The translations under genes were made by a program, and so were the position numbers. This document shows, in pieces, positions 9,632 through 19,687 of a stretch of DNA of 64,000 nt. A model generated the notes under the pieces. That model had not been told where the DNA came from and did not search any database. It saw only the letters and a program-made list of their open reading frames with translations. The stretch is from Chthonomonadales bacterium. GTDB lineage: Bacteria > Armatimonadota > Chthonomonadetes > Chthonomonadales > CAJBBX01. The DNA lies in NCBI GenBank assembly GCA_037443035.1, contig JBBIPC010000002.1, positions 128,001 through 192,000 on the forward strand, in the 5' to 3' direction. Every line of letters begins with the position of its first letter. The first letter of the stretch is position 1.

Positions 9632-12600
9632 ATGCGTTGGCCGTTCTCCAGGGGGTCCGGCTGCTGCTCGGTCCGCCACCCCGGGACACGCCACCTCGTA
9701 CGCGTTGCTGCAGGGAGCCTTTGTGTTCTCGTCCTGCTCGGCGGTCTCTCGCTGGGGGTTCTCGCTGCTCCAACGTATCCCGACATACTTCCCCTATCCC
9801 AGGTCAAGCCGGGCATGAGCGGTTACGGACTCACAGTGTTCCGTGGCACGAAAGTGGAGCGTTTCGGTGTCACGGTCGTTGCTGTGGTGCGAAACGGCAG
9901 CTTGGTAGCGCCTGGTCACGACATGATCCTCGTCCGCCTGTCTGGCGGACCTATGACGACCCGCAAAGCCAACCTCATCCGTGGCATGAGCGGGAGCCCC
10001 GTCTATATCCGTGGCAAGTGCATCGGTGCGTTCTCGCAAGGCGAACCAAGCACCAAGGAACCCCTCGGTGGAGTGACTCCCATCGAGGACATGCTGGAAG
10101 CATGGGATCCGAAGCTCCCCGACAAGCCTGAGGCTGCTGGGTTGTTTCGATGGGATACGAGCCATCGTTCGTCGCGAGCGTTAGCGCTGCGGACGCCGCT
10201 TCGCATTGGCGCACGAGTGGTTCGACGGATCGTGTTCGACGCTGGCACTGCCGGCATCCCCAGCGGAACCGATACCGTCTACCTGCGGCCGTGCGCGACC
10301 ATGGTGACGGTGTCGGGCTTTTCTCGGCACGCTCGGAAGCGTCTGGCGGACTTGCTGCGTCCGTACGGCGTAGAGGTAGTTCAGACCGCCGGTGGCGGCA
10401 AATCCGTCCAGTTCGCGGGAGCATCGCTACGCCCAGGCGCTTCGTTCTCGGTGATGCTCATGCGGGGGGACCTGACCAGCGGTGCGACAGGCACCGTGAC
10501 CTACCGCCGTGGAGACAGGTTTCTGGGCTTCGGTCACCCCTTCATGGGGATCGGTCCCCTGCCAGCCCCCGTATGCGCGGCGTATGTGCATGACGTCTAC
10601 CCACTGAACTCGGGATCGTACAAGATCACGACACCCGGGCCAGTGCTCGGATCGCTGGAACAGGACCGGCCGTTCTGCGTGAGCGGACATGTCGGTTCCG
10701 GACCTCCTATGATCCCCGTTACCGTCGAAGTAGAGGACCGCACCATACATCGGAGCAAGACGTACCGAATGCAGGTCGTGCGCCATCCCCGCTTGTACGC
10801 TGGCCTGGTGGGTCTGGCCGTCGGCTCGGCCATCGCGGACCTTCACAGCGTGCCAGGTCCGGTGACCGCCGGGGTCGAGACAGCAGTGGAGACCGAGCGG
10901 CTCGGCACCGTCCACCGCACGAACGAGGTCTATGACGCAAACATGATCGATGTGGCCGTCACGGGGGATCTCGAGTCCATTCTCAACGTGCTCGCGTCCA
11001 ATCCCTTCGAGCCCATGCTCATCTCCGGTGCACGTGTCCGTGTCACCCTCAACCCGGGCCGCAAGACTGCTACGATCGAACAGGTAGCAGCTACGGCAAG
11101 CAAGTACGAGCCTGGTCAGACGGCCGAGATCGCCGTCACGCTGAGGCCGTTCGGCAAGGAACCGGTCGTCCGGACGCTCCAGATCCCGATTCCCGCGCAC
11201 TGCCCTGCGAGCCGGCTGACCTTGACGGTTCAGGGCGGCGCTCCTGCTCCCAGTGTGTCCATCGGAGGGCTCGTGTTCAGGCCATCGCAGCCTGCCCCGA
11301 CCGAGAAGGCACCACCTACCAACGTTCGACAGATGCTAGACCAACTGCTGCGCCGAGAGGCCGGCAATGAGATCGCCGCTATTCTCAGCCTTCCCTCTAC
11401 CTCCGTCGCCGTGAACGGCGAACCGCTGCGCGGGCTGCCGCCGACGCTGGATGCAGCACTGCGCTCCAGCCGCTTATCATCGGTGAAGACGGATCGTGAT
11501 GAGGTTCGAGTCGTGCTGCCCACGGAGTGGGTCGTGAGCGGCCGTCAGACGCTCACTATCAACGTCGAGAAGCGTGGCACACGGCAGGGCTCCAGCGCAG
11601 CCTCGCCCCAGCCATCGTCTTCTCCGGGTTCCGGAACCAGCTCCTCACCAAGACAGAGTCTCGACATGGACTTCGCCATGTCCACGAGCACTACATCGTC
11701 TCAACGGCAGCGCGCCCCGAATACGCCCGACCGCAATACCACCGGCAGCAGCCAAGAAACGCAGCGAAGCAAGACCGAGGCGTCCCAGTCGTCCCCTGCG
11801 ACGGAGTCTCCAAGACCTTCTCCTGTTGCCAAGGTTGCGAAGACCTGGAAGCACAGCTCGGCCAAGGATTGGGCTACCGCAAAGCTCGAAAAGGTGACTG
11901 TCACCTCCACGGGCGAGGTTCGTCTCACCGAAGCGCTGGTGCCCGTGTGCCAGTTGCCCGAACCTGTCGTCTGGTGCCTCGTCTCGGATGGCCGGGGCGG
12001 AGCTTACGCTGGCGCGGGTACGAATGCGCGCGTGTTCCACATCGCATCCGACGGTAGTGTCAAGACGATCGCATCCCTTCCCGAGGTATCCGTGCATGCC
12101 CTGCTCCTGCTACCGGATGGCACATTGCTGGCCGGCACAGCGCCGCATGGCCGGACGTATCGCATTGCTCCCGACGGAACTCCCACAGTGCTTCACGAGG
12201 CCACTGAGCCCTATGTACTTGCCCTGGCTCGTGCCTCCGACGGCACCATTTTCATCGGTACCGGCGGCGGCAGTGGTGCTCTCTACCGGATCACTCCCGA
12301 CGGGAATGCAGCGGTTGTCCAGAAGAACGTAGACCAGCACATACTCAGCCTCTGCGTGGTGGGGAACAATGTCTACGCCGGTACGGCTGGCATGGGAGCC
12401 GTACTCAGGTTCTCGGCCGATGGCCACTCGACCCCACTCCTGGACGCAGCCGGAGAGTCCTTCACTTGTGTGGCGGAAGGTCGGAATGGCAACATCTATG
12501 CGGTGACATCGCCGCGGGGTGCTGTGTGGCAGATCTCGGATCGTGGGCAAGCGGTCGCGCTCATGGACAACCCGTCTTCAGGGTTCCAGACCGTCGCCGT

Positions 12601-13912
12601 GCGCCCAGATGGGACGACGGTGGCGGCGGGCGCGTCAACCGTCGTGGCGCTCGATGCAGGCGGACGCAGCGCGCCACTGGATGCTCCCACGACTGCGGAG
12701 ATCCTGTGCGCGGCGACAGGTGCGGACGGTACCATCTGGATAGGTACTGCGAACAACGGACAGGTCCTGCGAACCGCCACGTCCAGCAGCCTCTCAGGTA
12801 CGCTCGAGTCTGGCATCCTCGATGCCGGCAGTGTTGCCCGCTGGGGCCACGTGGCCATTACGGCAGCTACGCCCGAGGGTACGTCGGTTCTACTCGAGAC
12901 TCGGTCCGGCCAGGTCTCCGAGCCGGACGCGAGCTGGAGCTCGTGGGCGCGCCTGCAACCCGAGGGGAATGGAGGTCGGGTTCTGAGCCCTCCGGCCAGA
13001 TACTTGCAGTATCGTCTGACGCTGACCGCCGGGCCCGATAGATCTACCCCAGCGGTTCAGGCTGTCACCGTTTCCTACCTTCCGGCAAACCGTGCTCCGA
13101 CCGTAGCGTTCCAGGTGCCGACGGGGGGCGAAGAGTGGTCTGGCGTACAGACGCTGAAGTGGCAAGCGTCGGATCCAGATCAGGATGCACTGGCCTACGC
13201 TGTCGAGTACTCCAGGGACGGAGGTAGGACGTGGCAGGCTCTGCCTGAAACCGCGCTCCAGCCTGGAGAGAAGAAGGAAGGTTCCACCTCGACCTCAGCC
13301 CCTACTCAACCAACGAGTCGCAAGCCCCTGACCGTCGCCCAGGTCACGGCCGAACTGGACCGCCATCCTGACCTTCCACCTGCGCTTCGTCAGGAGATCC
13401 TGGATAGGACCCGTGCCCTCAACGCTGAAAGCGGACAGACGCAGGTCGCCCCTGCCACCTCTCAGCCGCGCATTTCCCGCGAGACATCGCGGTCTCTAGA
13501 CACTAAGCGCCTCGAAGACGGTGTCTACATGTTCCGGGTAACGGCCACCGATGCACCATCCAACTGGACCGATGTTGCCTCGACTTCGGCGTTGTCCAAG
13601 GAAGTGGTGATCTGCAACACCCCTCCCGTCGTGTTCTTGCTGCATGCGACGAAAAGCCTTGCGAAGGACGGGGTCCTAAGTCTGGAGTGCGCGGCCGTTC
13701 AGTCAACGGTGATCGTGACAGCTGCACAATGGCGTCTAGATGGAGGCGACTGGAGCGCCGCAGCTCCAGTGGATGGTCTCGCGGACAGTCGGATGGAACG
13801 GTTTCTCGTCACGACGCCGCCCATTCCGCCAGGCAAGCACACTCTAGAAGTGCAGGTCTTCAACAGCGCAGGTCTGTCAACAACCGAGAAGCTCGTTCTA
13901 GAGATCCCGTAA
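9632..13912 (+). CDS. SpoIVB-type peptidase S55 domain fused to beta-propeller and Ig-like domains (exported)
   Basis: PGMSGYGLTVFRG, GMSGSPVY, GTVTY and FGHPF motifs; Ser/Gln/Thr-rich linker; repeated DG.I.(A/I)GT propeller blades. Start uncertain (ATG 9632 chosen). Confidence 0.85.
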   Translation: MRWPFSRGSGCCSVRHPGTRHLVRVAAGSLCVLVLLGGLSLGVLAAPTYPDILPLSQVKPGMSGYGLTVFRGTKVERFGVTVVAVVRNGSLVAPGHDMILVRLSGGPMTTRKANLIRGMSGSPVYIRGKCIGAFSQGEPSTKEPLGGVTPIEDMLEAWDPKLPDKPEAAGLFRWDTSHRSSRALALRTPLRIGARVVRRIVFDAGTAGIPSGTDTVYLRPCATMVTVSGFSRHARKRLADLLRPYGVEVVQTAGGGKSVQFAGASLRPGASFSVMLMRGDLTSGATGTVTYRRGDRFLGFGHPFMGIGPLPAPVCAAYVHDVYPLNSGSYKITTPGPVLGSLEQDRPFCVSGHVGSGPPMIPVTVEVEDRTIHRSKTYRMQVVRHPRLYAGLVGLAVGSAIADLHSVPGPVTAGVETAVETERLGTVHRTNEVYDANMIDVAVTGDLESILNVLASNPFEPMLISGARVRVTLNPGRKTATIEQVAATASKYEPGQTAEIAVTLRPFGKEPVVRTLQIPIPAHCPASRLTLTVQGGAPAPSVSIGGLVFRPSQPAPTEKAPPTNVRQMLDQLLRREAGNEIAAILSLPSTSVAVNGEPLRGLPPTLDAALRSSRLSSVKTDRDEVRVVLPTEWVVSGRQTLTINVEKRGTRQGSSAASPQPSSSPGSGTSSSPRQSLDMDFAMSTSTTSSQRQRAPNTPDRNTTGSSQETQRSKTEASQSSPATESPRPSPVAKVAKTWKHSSAKDWATAKLEKVTVTSTGEVRLTEALVPVCQLPEPVVWCLVSDGRGGAYAGAGTNARVFHIASDGSVKTIASLPEVSVHALLLLPDGTLLAGTAPHGRTYRIAPDGTPTVLHEATEPYVLALARASDGTIFIGTGGGSGALYRITPDGNAAVVQKNVDQHILSLCVVGNNVYAGTAGMGAVLRFSADGHSTPLLDAAGESFTCVAEGRNGNIYAVTSPRGAVWQISDRGQAVALMDNPSSGFQTVAVRPDGTTVAAGASTVVALDAGGRSAPLDAPTTAEILCAATGADGTIWIGTANNGQVLRTATSSSLSGTLESGILDAGSVARWGHVAITAATPEGTSVLLETRSGQVSEPDASWSSWARLQPEGNGGRVLSPPARYLQYRLTLTAGPDRSTPAVQAVTVSYLPANRAPTVAFQVPTGGEEWSGVQTLKWQASDPDQDALAYAVEYSRDGGRTWQALPETALQPGEKKEGSTSTSAPTQPTSRKPLTVAQVTAELDRHPDLPPALRQEILDRTRALNAESGQTQVAPATSQPRISRETSRSLDTKRLEDGVYMFRVTATDAPSNWTDVASTSALSKEVVICNTPPVVFLLHATKSLAKDGVLSLECAAVQSTVIVTAAQWRLDGGDWSAAAPVDGLADSRMERFLVTTPPIPPGKHTLEVQVFNSAGLSTTEKLVLEIP

Positions 13913-13945
13913 CTACCTGTCCGTAACACGACGAGGAGAAGGATT

Positions 13946-15292
13946 GTGAAGCACATCTGGCTCTATCTCAGCAAGAGCGATGTCGAAATCGAGCGCAGGC
14001 AATGTCTCGAGGAGGGCCGCGACATCCGTGGCCTGGAAGACCGGTTCGAGCGGGTCCTCGCCCTGGACCTCGAGGATCCGGTCAACCAGCCGGAGGCAGA
14101 GGCCTTGCTGGATGCCACGATACGTCAGCCCTTACGGGCGGACTACCCTTACGTAGAACCTTCGGACTTGGCGGGCATTGTCGCGCAACGTCCACGAAAA
14201 GCCGTACACATTCAGCCCCCTCGCCTGACGCCTGCTGAGCTCGAGGACAAGATCTACGGCGCTTGGACTGGAAGATGCGTGGGATGCCTTCTCGGCAAGC
14301 CCGTGGAAGGATGGCGACGCCCCCGCATGTGGGGCTACCTGAAGGACACAGGCCGCTGGCCTCTTAGCGACTACTTCCGCTATGACATCGCCGATCCAGC
14401 GATCAGACAGCGATACGACCTGCGACCAGGCGCCGCATTCGCCGACCTCGTGGACCACATGCCGGAGGACGATGACACGAACTACACCACGACGGGACTG
14501 GCCGTGATGCAACGGTATGGGCCTGACTTCACTCCTGAGAACGTCGCCGATTTCTGGATGAGCGATATCCCCATTCTCCACACGTGCACTGCTGAGCGTG
14601 TGGCCTACCGGAATTTCGTAAGGCTCATACCACCCCCTCGCTCGGCAACTTTCCGCAATCCTTACCGCGAATGGATTGGGGCGCAGATCCGTGCCGACTT
14701 CTGGGGCTATGTCGCCCCCGGCAGACCTGAGACAGCCGCAGAGTTCGCGTGGCGTGATGCGTGCGTCAGCCATGTGAAGAACGGTATCTACGGCGAGATG
14801 TGGGCGGCTGCCATGGTATCGGCGGCCTTCACCACCACGTCGGTTGCAGAGTTGCCCGAAATCGGCCTTAGATACGTCCCCGAGCGCAGTCGCCTCGCTG
14901 AAGCTATCCGGGAAGTCATCCAGTGGCGCAAGGACAGGATCGTCTATGACGAGGCGGTAGATCGCGTGCATGCGGGTTGGGACGAGAACCACGGCCACGA
15001 CTGGTGCCACACGATCTCCAACGCCATGATCGTGTCTATCGGTCTGCTCTGGGGTGAGGAGGATTTCGCCCTCTCGATTTGCCGCGCTGTTCAGCCCTGC
15101 TTCGATACGGACTGCAATGGTGCTACGGTCGGATCCATCATGGGTGCGTACCTGGGACGCAAGGCCCTGCCAGCGTCATGGGCCGACCATATCCACGACA
15201 CGCTCCATACCGGCGTGACCGGCTACCACGTGGTGCACCTTCGGGACATCACGCGCGATACATTGCGGCAGATCGAGAGGGTCGTCTCTTAG
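13946..15292 (+). CDS. ADP-ribosylglycohydrolase family protein
   Basis: GAWTGRCVGCLLGKPVEG, EDDDTNYT, REWIGAQIRAD, DTDCNGATVGSI. Confidence 0.9.
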   Translation: MKHIWLYLSKSDVEIERRQCLEEGRDIRGLEDRFERVLALDLEDPVNQPEAEALLDATIRQPLRADYPYVEPSDLAGIVAQRPRKAVHIQPPRLTPAELEDKIYGAWTGRCVGCLLGKPVEGWRRPRMWGYLKDTGRWPLSDYFRYDIADPAIRQRYDLRPGAAFADLVDHMPEDDDTNYTTTGLAVMQRYGPDFTPENVADFWMSDIPILHTCTAERVAYRNFVRLIPPPRSATFRNPYREWIGAQIRADFWGYVAPGRPETAAEFAWRDACVSHVKNGIYGEMWAAAMVSAAFTTTSVAELPEIGLRYVPERSRLAEAIREVIQWRKDRIVYDEAVDRVHAGWDENHGHDWCHTISNAMIVSIGLLWGEEDFALSICRAVQPCFDTDCNGATVGSIMGAYLGRKALPASWADHIHDTLHTGVTGYHVVHLRDITRDTLRQIERVVS

Positions 15293-15349
15293 CGGCGTGA
15301 CTACGGACGGATCGGCAGCGAGTCCGGGGTGGGAACGACAGGGCCCCGC

Positions 15350-16606
15350 CTAGAGGTCCTGCAATGCGGCCACGGCTTCCTCGACGGCCTCCCCGAACGC
15401 CCGAACAGCCTGGTCTACCTGGGACTCGGAAATGACCGCTGGCGGTTCGAACCGAATGACTTTCGGGTTGTTCAGCGTGTATGCGGCAATGACTCCTCGA
15501 CGCGCCATGCCGTTGATCGTCAGCTCGGCGACATCCTTCACCGCGAACTCCACACCGACCATGAGGCCCATACCCCGTACCTCTTCGAGGGCCTCGGGAA
15601 AGCGTGACTGCACCTCTCGCAAGCCTGTCATGAGCTGTTCGCCACGAGCCTTGGCCTGGGCAACCAGTCCGTCCCGTTCGATGACCTGGAGCGCAGCCAG
15701 CGCCGCTGTGCATGCCAGTGGATTGCCGCCGAACGTACTCGTGTGCACGAGGGGGTTCTCACGAAATGCCTTCTCCCAGATCTCCGGTGTGGACATCACC
15801 GCACCGATGGGCATGACGCCACCACCGAGCGCCTTAGCCAGAGTCAGGATATCCGGAGCTACACCGTAGTGTTGGCATGCGAACATGGCGCCCGTACGAC
15901 CCAAACCCGTCTGCACCTCGTCTAGAATGAGTAACACGCCTCGATCGTTGCAGATCCGCCGCAGCGTTGGCAGGTAGTCGGCATCCGGGCAGCGAATGCC
16001 ACCCTCTCCTTGTATCGGCTCCACCAATACCCCGGCAGTGTCTTCGTCAATGGCATCGGCCACCGCAGATGCGTCATTGAACGGTACATGGACGAAGCCA
16101 GGTACGAGGGGATCGAACGGCCGTCGGAAGAGCTCGCGGCCAGTGGCAGAAAGAGAGCCCATGCTCTTCCCATGAAACCCTCCCACTGTGCAGACGAACC
16201 CTGTCTTGCCGGTGGCAATCCGCGCGATCTTGATGGCGCCTTCCACCGCCTCTGTGCCGCTATTGCACACGAACGTGTAGCGCAGCTCACCCGGAGCGAC
16301 CTCGGCAAGTTTCTCGGCTAGGTTCGCGAGAGGCGCACTGAAGAAGGTGCGGCTCGAGAGCGGCATGACCTCGAGCTGTTCGCGGACGGCTGACACCACA
16401 TCCGGGTGGGCATGGCCCAGCGTGAAGACGCCATACCCGCCTAGGCAATCCAGGTACTCCGCACCAGAGGCCGTCCGCACGATGCATCCAGAGGCGCTGA
16501 CCTCCACATCACCGAAGCCACCAAACTTCATGAGGCTTGCCAACCACGGGTTGACGTACTCCTGGTACTTGCTGATGACATCCTCAATGTAAGCTTCGCT
16601 GCTCAC
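15350..16606 (-). CDS. Class III PLP aminotransferase (putrescine/acetylornithine aminotransferase-like)
   Basis: YLDCLGGYG, NSGTEAVEGA, EPIQGEGG, DEVQTGLGRTG, AKALGGG, STFGGNPLA. Confidence 0.93.
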   Translation of the reverse strand: MSSEAYIEDVISKYQEYVNPWLASLMKFGGFGDVEVSASGCIVRTASGAEYLDCLGGYGVFTLGHAHPDVVSAVREQLEVMPLSSRTFFSAPLANLAEKLAEVAPGELRYTFVCNSGTEAVEGAIKIARIATGKTGFVCTVGGFHGKSMGSLSATGRELFRRPFDPLVPGFVHVPFNDASAVADAIDEDTAGVLVEPIQGEGGIRCPDADYLPTLRRICNDRGVLLILDEVQTGLGRTGAMFACQHYGVAPDILTLAKALGGGVMPIGAVMSTPEIWEKAFRENPLVHTSTFGGNPLACTAALAALQVIERDGLVAQAKARGEQLMTGLREVQSRFPEALEEVRGMGLMVGVEFAVKDVAELTINGMARRGVIAAYTLNNPKVIRFEPPAVISESQVDQAVRAFGEAVEEAVAALQDL

Positions 16607-16989
16607 GCATCGTCCTCCGAACTGGTCTCGCCAACCTCAGCTTCGGTCTGATAGAACTCGTCCGTGTGGTGCCATGCGGGCACACCGAATACGATGGTGG
16701 TGATGTCGCCATACGCTCGATGGAATGTGCCCGGCTCGATGAGCACGGTCACTCCTGGCTCCAGATCCACCACATCATCGTTCAGTTCCATCTTGCCGCG
16801 CCCCTCCAAGATGTAGTAGTACTCCGTACACTCCTTGTGGTAGTGGCGCACAGAATCGGTGATGTGCGTGACATGCAGGTTGGCAACGGGTGTGTCGGCA
16901 GCCGTGATGATCCGCGTGCTAGCGCCACACTTGGATGCCACCACCGGCGCCTCGGACTTCTTCCTATAGATGTATCCCTTGCTGTTCAT
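16603..16989 (-). CDS. Cupin domain protein
   Basis: HYHKECTEYYYILEGRG and IEPGTFH cupin motifs; stop overlaps the next start. Confidence 0.88.
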   Translation of the reverse strand: MNSKGYIYRKKSEAPVVASKCGASTRIITAADTPVANLHVTHITDSVRHYHKECTEYYYILEGRGKMELNDDVVDLEPGVTVLIEPGTFHRAYGDITTIVFGVPAWHHTDEFYQTEAEVGETSSEDDA

Positions 16990-17026
16990 GGCGGGGTTCT
17001 CCTCTCGTTCATCCAGTCGCGTTCTG

Positions 17027-18241
17027 CTAGGGCGCCAGCCGCTTGACGACTTGCGATTGAAGCGCCTCCTCCAGCATGGCGAGCATGGCCATCAGAATCG
17101 CGTCGTTCGGTTTTCGCACGAGCTGGTTCCTCAGGTCGCGGATCGCCGCGCGCAAGTCGGACCGATCGCCTGTTCTGAGCGCTGCGGCATATGCCTCCTC
17201 GGCTCGCTGCCGATCCCCCTTGACCGCAAGCAACAACCCGAGATTGTAACGCACGTAAGCAAGACCCGAATCGAGTTGGATGGCCTTTTCGGTGCTCTTC
17301 AGGGCTTCTTCAAGCTCCCCTGACAGAAACTGGAACCATCCCAGGTTTCCCCAGACCACGGCATTGTTAGGCTGGAGAGTTAGCAGGTGGCGGCACTCCT
17401 GTTGAGCTTCCGCGTGCCGCCCCAAGCCGTCCAGCGTGGCTGCCCAGGCCAGACGCGCATCTACGTTGTCCTGGTAACGCTCCACTAGAACCTTGCAGCG
17501 GCTCTCCGCCTCTGCATAGCGGTGAGCAGCTAGAAGCGCGTTCACTACTGCCACCTTGACCTCGACGGAGGAGGGATCGAGGCGCTCAGCCGCCGCATAA
17601 CACTCCAGCGCCGCATCCCAGCGCTCCATGGCCTCGTGGATTGCTCCCAGCTCCAGATACACGGAAGGGTCTTCGGGTGCCCTACCGAGGGCTTGCACGG
17701 CTTCCCTCCGCGCGTCCACTAGCCAACCGAGCTGGCGATACGCCGCTGATAGATGCAGACGGTAGCGGGCGTTTCCTGGCTCCAGGCTTACGGCCTCCTG
17801 CAGTTCTCTCATTCCGGCTACCCGGTCTCCGCTCCGCTGCAAGACGTCTGCCAATCCTGCCCGGAATGCCGCAGATCGAGGGTTGAGAGCGATTGCCTGG
17901 CGATAGGCTCCAATGCCGCCGGCTAGATCTCCGCGCGCTGTGAGTGCTTGGGCCAGCCCGACGTAGGCGCCGATTTCCTTTGCATTTGCACGAATCAGCT
18001 CGCGGAAGATGGCCTCTGCACCCTGGATGTCGCCTGCCGCGAGAAGCGTATACGCCTGCTTCAGGCGTGTCTCCGGATTCTGTGAAGACGCTGCATCCGA
18101 GTGGGCAGGCGCATCCTGCCACGCGGCACGAGCCTTGCTCGCCACCGAGAGGAAACCGGACGCAACGATAATACACACCGCGAAAACACCACGCCAGCTG
18201 ACACGGTGTCGATCTGTCGAGGAGTGTGGTCGCTGGCTCAA
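17027..18241 (-). CDS. Exported tetratricopeptide-repeat protein
   Basis: Signal-like N-terminus; multiple TPR units (AIALNPRSA, AVSLEPGNA, LTLQPNNAVVWGNLG, YNLGLL). Confidence 0.85.
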   Translation of the reverse strand: MSQRPHSSTDRHRVSWRGVFAVCIIVASGFLSVASKARAAWQDAPAHSDAASSQNPETRLKQAYTLLAAGDIQGAEAIFRELIRANAKEIGAYVGLAQALTARGDLAGGIGAYRQAIALNPRSAAFRAGLADVLQRSGDRVAGMRELQEAVSLEPGNARYRLHLSAAYRQLGWLVDARREAVQALGRAPEDPSVYLELGAIHEAMERWDAALECYAAAERLDPSSVEVKVAVVNALLAAHRYAEAESRCKVLVERYQDNVDARLAWAATLDGLGRHAEAQQECRHLLTLQPNNAVVWGNLGWFQFLSGELEEALKSTEKAIQLDSGLAYVRYNLGLLLAVKGDRQRAEEAYAAALRTGDRSDLRAAIRDLRNQLVRKPNDAILMAMLAMLEEALQSQVVKRLAP

Positions 18242-19236
18242 CGAGTGATCCCCCGCCTGCGGAAGCTATCGTACAGGGCTGCCAGCCAGATCACGCAGCC
18301 GATGATGATCACCTGGAAGTGAGGATGGATTCCTTTCAAGTCGCATCCATTCTGAATGACGGCCATGAGGAAGGCGCCAATCAAGGTCCCTGCCACACCG
18401 CCGGATCCGCCCGAGAGGCTCGTTCCGCCGATGACCGTGGCAGCGATCGCCTGCAGCTCGAGGCCAACCCCGGCAGTGGGCTGGCCGCCTCCAGTGCGTG
18501 CAACGTGGATTATGGCCGCGAAACCGGAGAGCAGACCGCACAGAGTGAACACACTGACTGTCATCCCCTGGAGGGAGACACCGGACAGTCGCGCTGCATC
18601 CGGGTTGCCTCCGGAGGCATATACATGACGCCCCCATGCAGAACGAGCGAGGAGCAAGTGCACTCCGATGGCTGCGACCACCATCAACAGGAGCGGCACG
18701 GGTATACCTTCCGAACCACCGAACTTCAGGACATGGCCCAGCGCGAATGTCTCGAAGCCCGGCGCCAGGCCACTGATGTTCGCATCCCGCGCCACCATGA
18801 GAGCTAACCCATTGGCGACACCCATCATGCCCAGAGTGGCGATGAAGGCCGGCATGCGGCCGTAGGCCGTCAGAAGCCCGCTGCCGAGGCCGCAAACAGT
18901 GCCGCCCGCAAGTGCAGCCGCTACGCCTGCCCAGCTCCCCATGCCATGGTCTACCATGGTCGAGGCCGCCAAGACGCTAGATAGGGCAAGCACGCGGCCA
19001 ACCGAGAGATCAATGTGACCAGCGATGATGACGACAGTCTCCGCGACTGCGAGGATGGCGACAACCGCGGTGGACTGGATGATCGTGTTCCAGTTGCCAC
19101 GCGTGCGGAACCCCTCCGGCCCCGCAACCACGGACATGACGGCAATGAGAATGAGCAGCGAGGAAAGCGGCGCGACGATTCCGCTGATGCGGGCCCAGCT
19201 GATCGCTGGAGCAGAGGATCGGTCTGAATCATCCAT
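18238..19236 (-). CDS. Sugar ABC transporter permease (RbsC/BPD_transp_2 family)
   Basis: GHIDLSVG, PAFIATLG, GGNPDAARLSGV, ELQAIAATVIGGTSLSGG. Confidence 0.93.
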   Translation of the reverse strand: MDDSDRSSAPAISWARISGIVAPLSSLLILIAVMSVVAGPEGFRTRGNWNTIIQSTAVVAILAVAETVVIIAGHIDLSVGRVLALSSVLAASTMVDHGMGSWAGVAAALAGGTVCGLGSGLLTAYGRMPAFIATLGMMGVANGLALMVARDANISGLAPGFETFALGHVLKFGGSEGIPVPLLLMVVAAIGVHLLLARSAWGRHVYASGGNPDAARLSGVSLQGMTVSVFTLCGLLSGFAAIIHVARTGGGQPTAGVGLELQAIAATVIGGTSLSGGSGGVAGTLIGAFLMAVIQNGCDLKGIHPHFQVIIIGCVIWLAALYDSFRRRGITR

Positions 19237-19455
19237 TGGATAATGGCATCGTCATCGGCTGCAAGAAGTTGCGCTTACGGAAGGATTCTGGAGCGAACGA
19301 CCGTATAGCTTCCTGTTGCCATTGTACCGCAACGCCGTGTCTCGACCTTGAACCTGCGAGGAAGGCGCCGAGCGACTCCTGCGCGCCGGGCGAAGGCCGC
19401 GCTGCAGATGGAAATGGCGGAGAGGAGCCACGCGAGCACCGGGGGTCCGTATCCA

Positions 19456-19480
19456 GGAAATACGTATAAATACGTATTCC
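19456..19480. promoter_or_regulatory. Candidate operator: tandem near-palindromic 10-mers in the divergent region upstream of the CIS operon
   Basis: GGAAATACGTATAAATACGTATTCC contains AATACGTATA plus AATACGTATT (perfect palindrome), flanked by GGA/TCC; conspicuously AT-rich in GC-rich DNA. Confidence 0.5.
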
Positions 19481-19687
19481 TTAGCGTGTAGATGGCTGTT
19501 ACCATGCTGATGAGATGCACGAGACCTTCCAGGCGAGCGTGGTCTGCAGCGACTTCATGCTCGCGCGGGACATCGGGGACTGAGGGCCTGGGCGGCCCGG
19601 TCTGGTGGGATGGAAACTCTGCACAAGTGCTGAACAGCGGTCCCACCGCTGTGACCATCGTTCAGCGATCGAACGAATGAAGGGACG

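Noticed and set aside
13946..15292. ADP-ribosylglycohydrolase as CIS immunity protein
   Set aside because: It lies outside the locus, separated by an unrelated operon, and no ADP-ribosyltransferase toxin is evident
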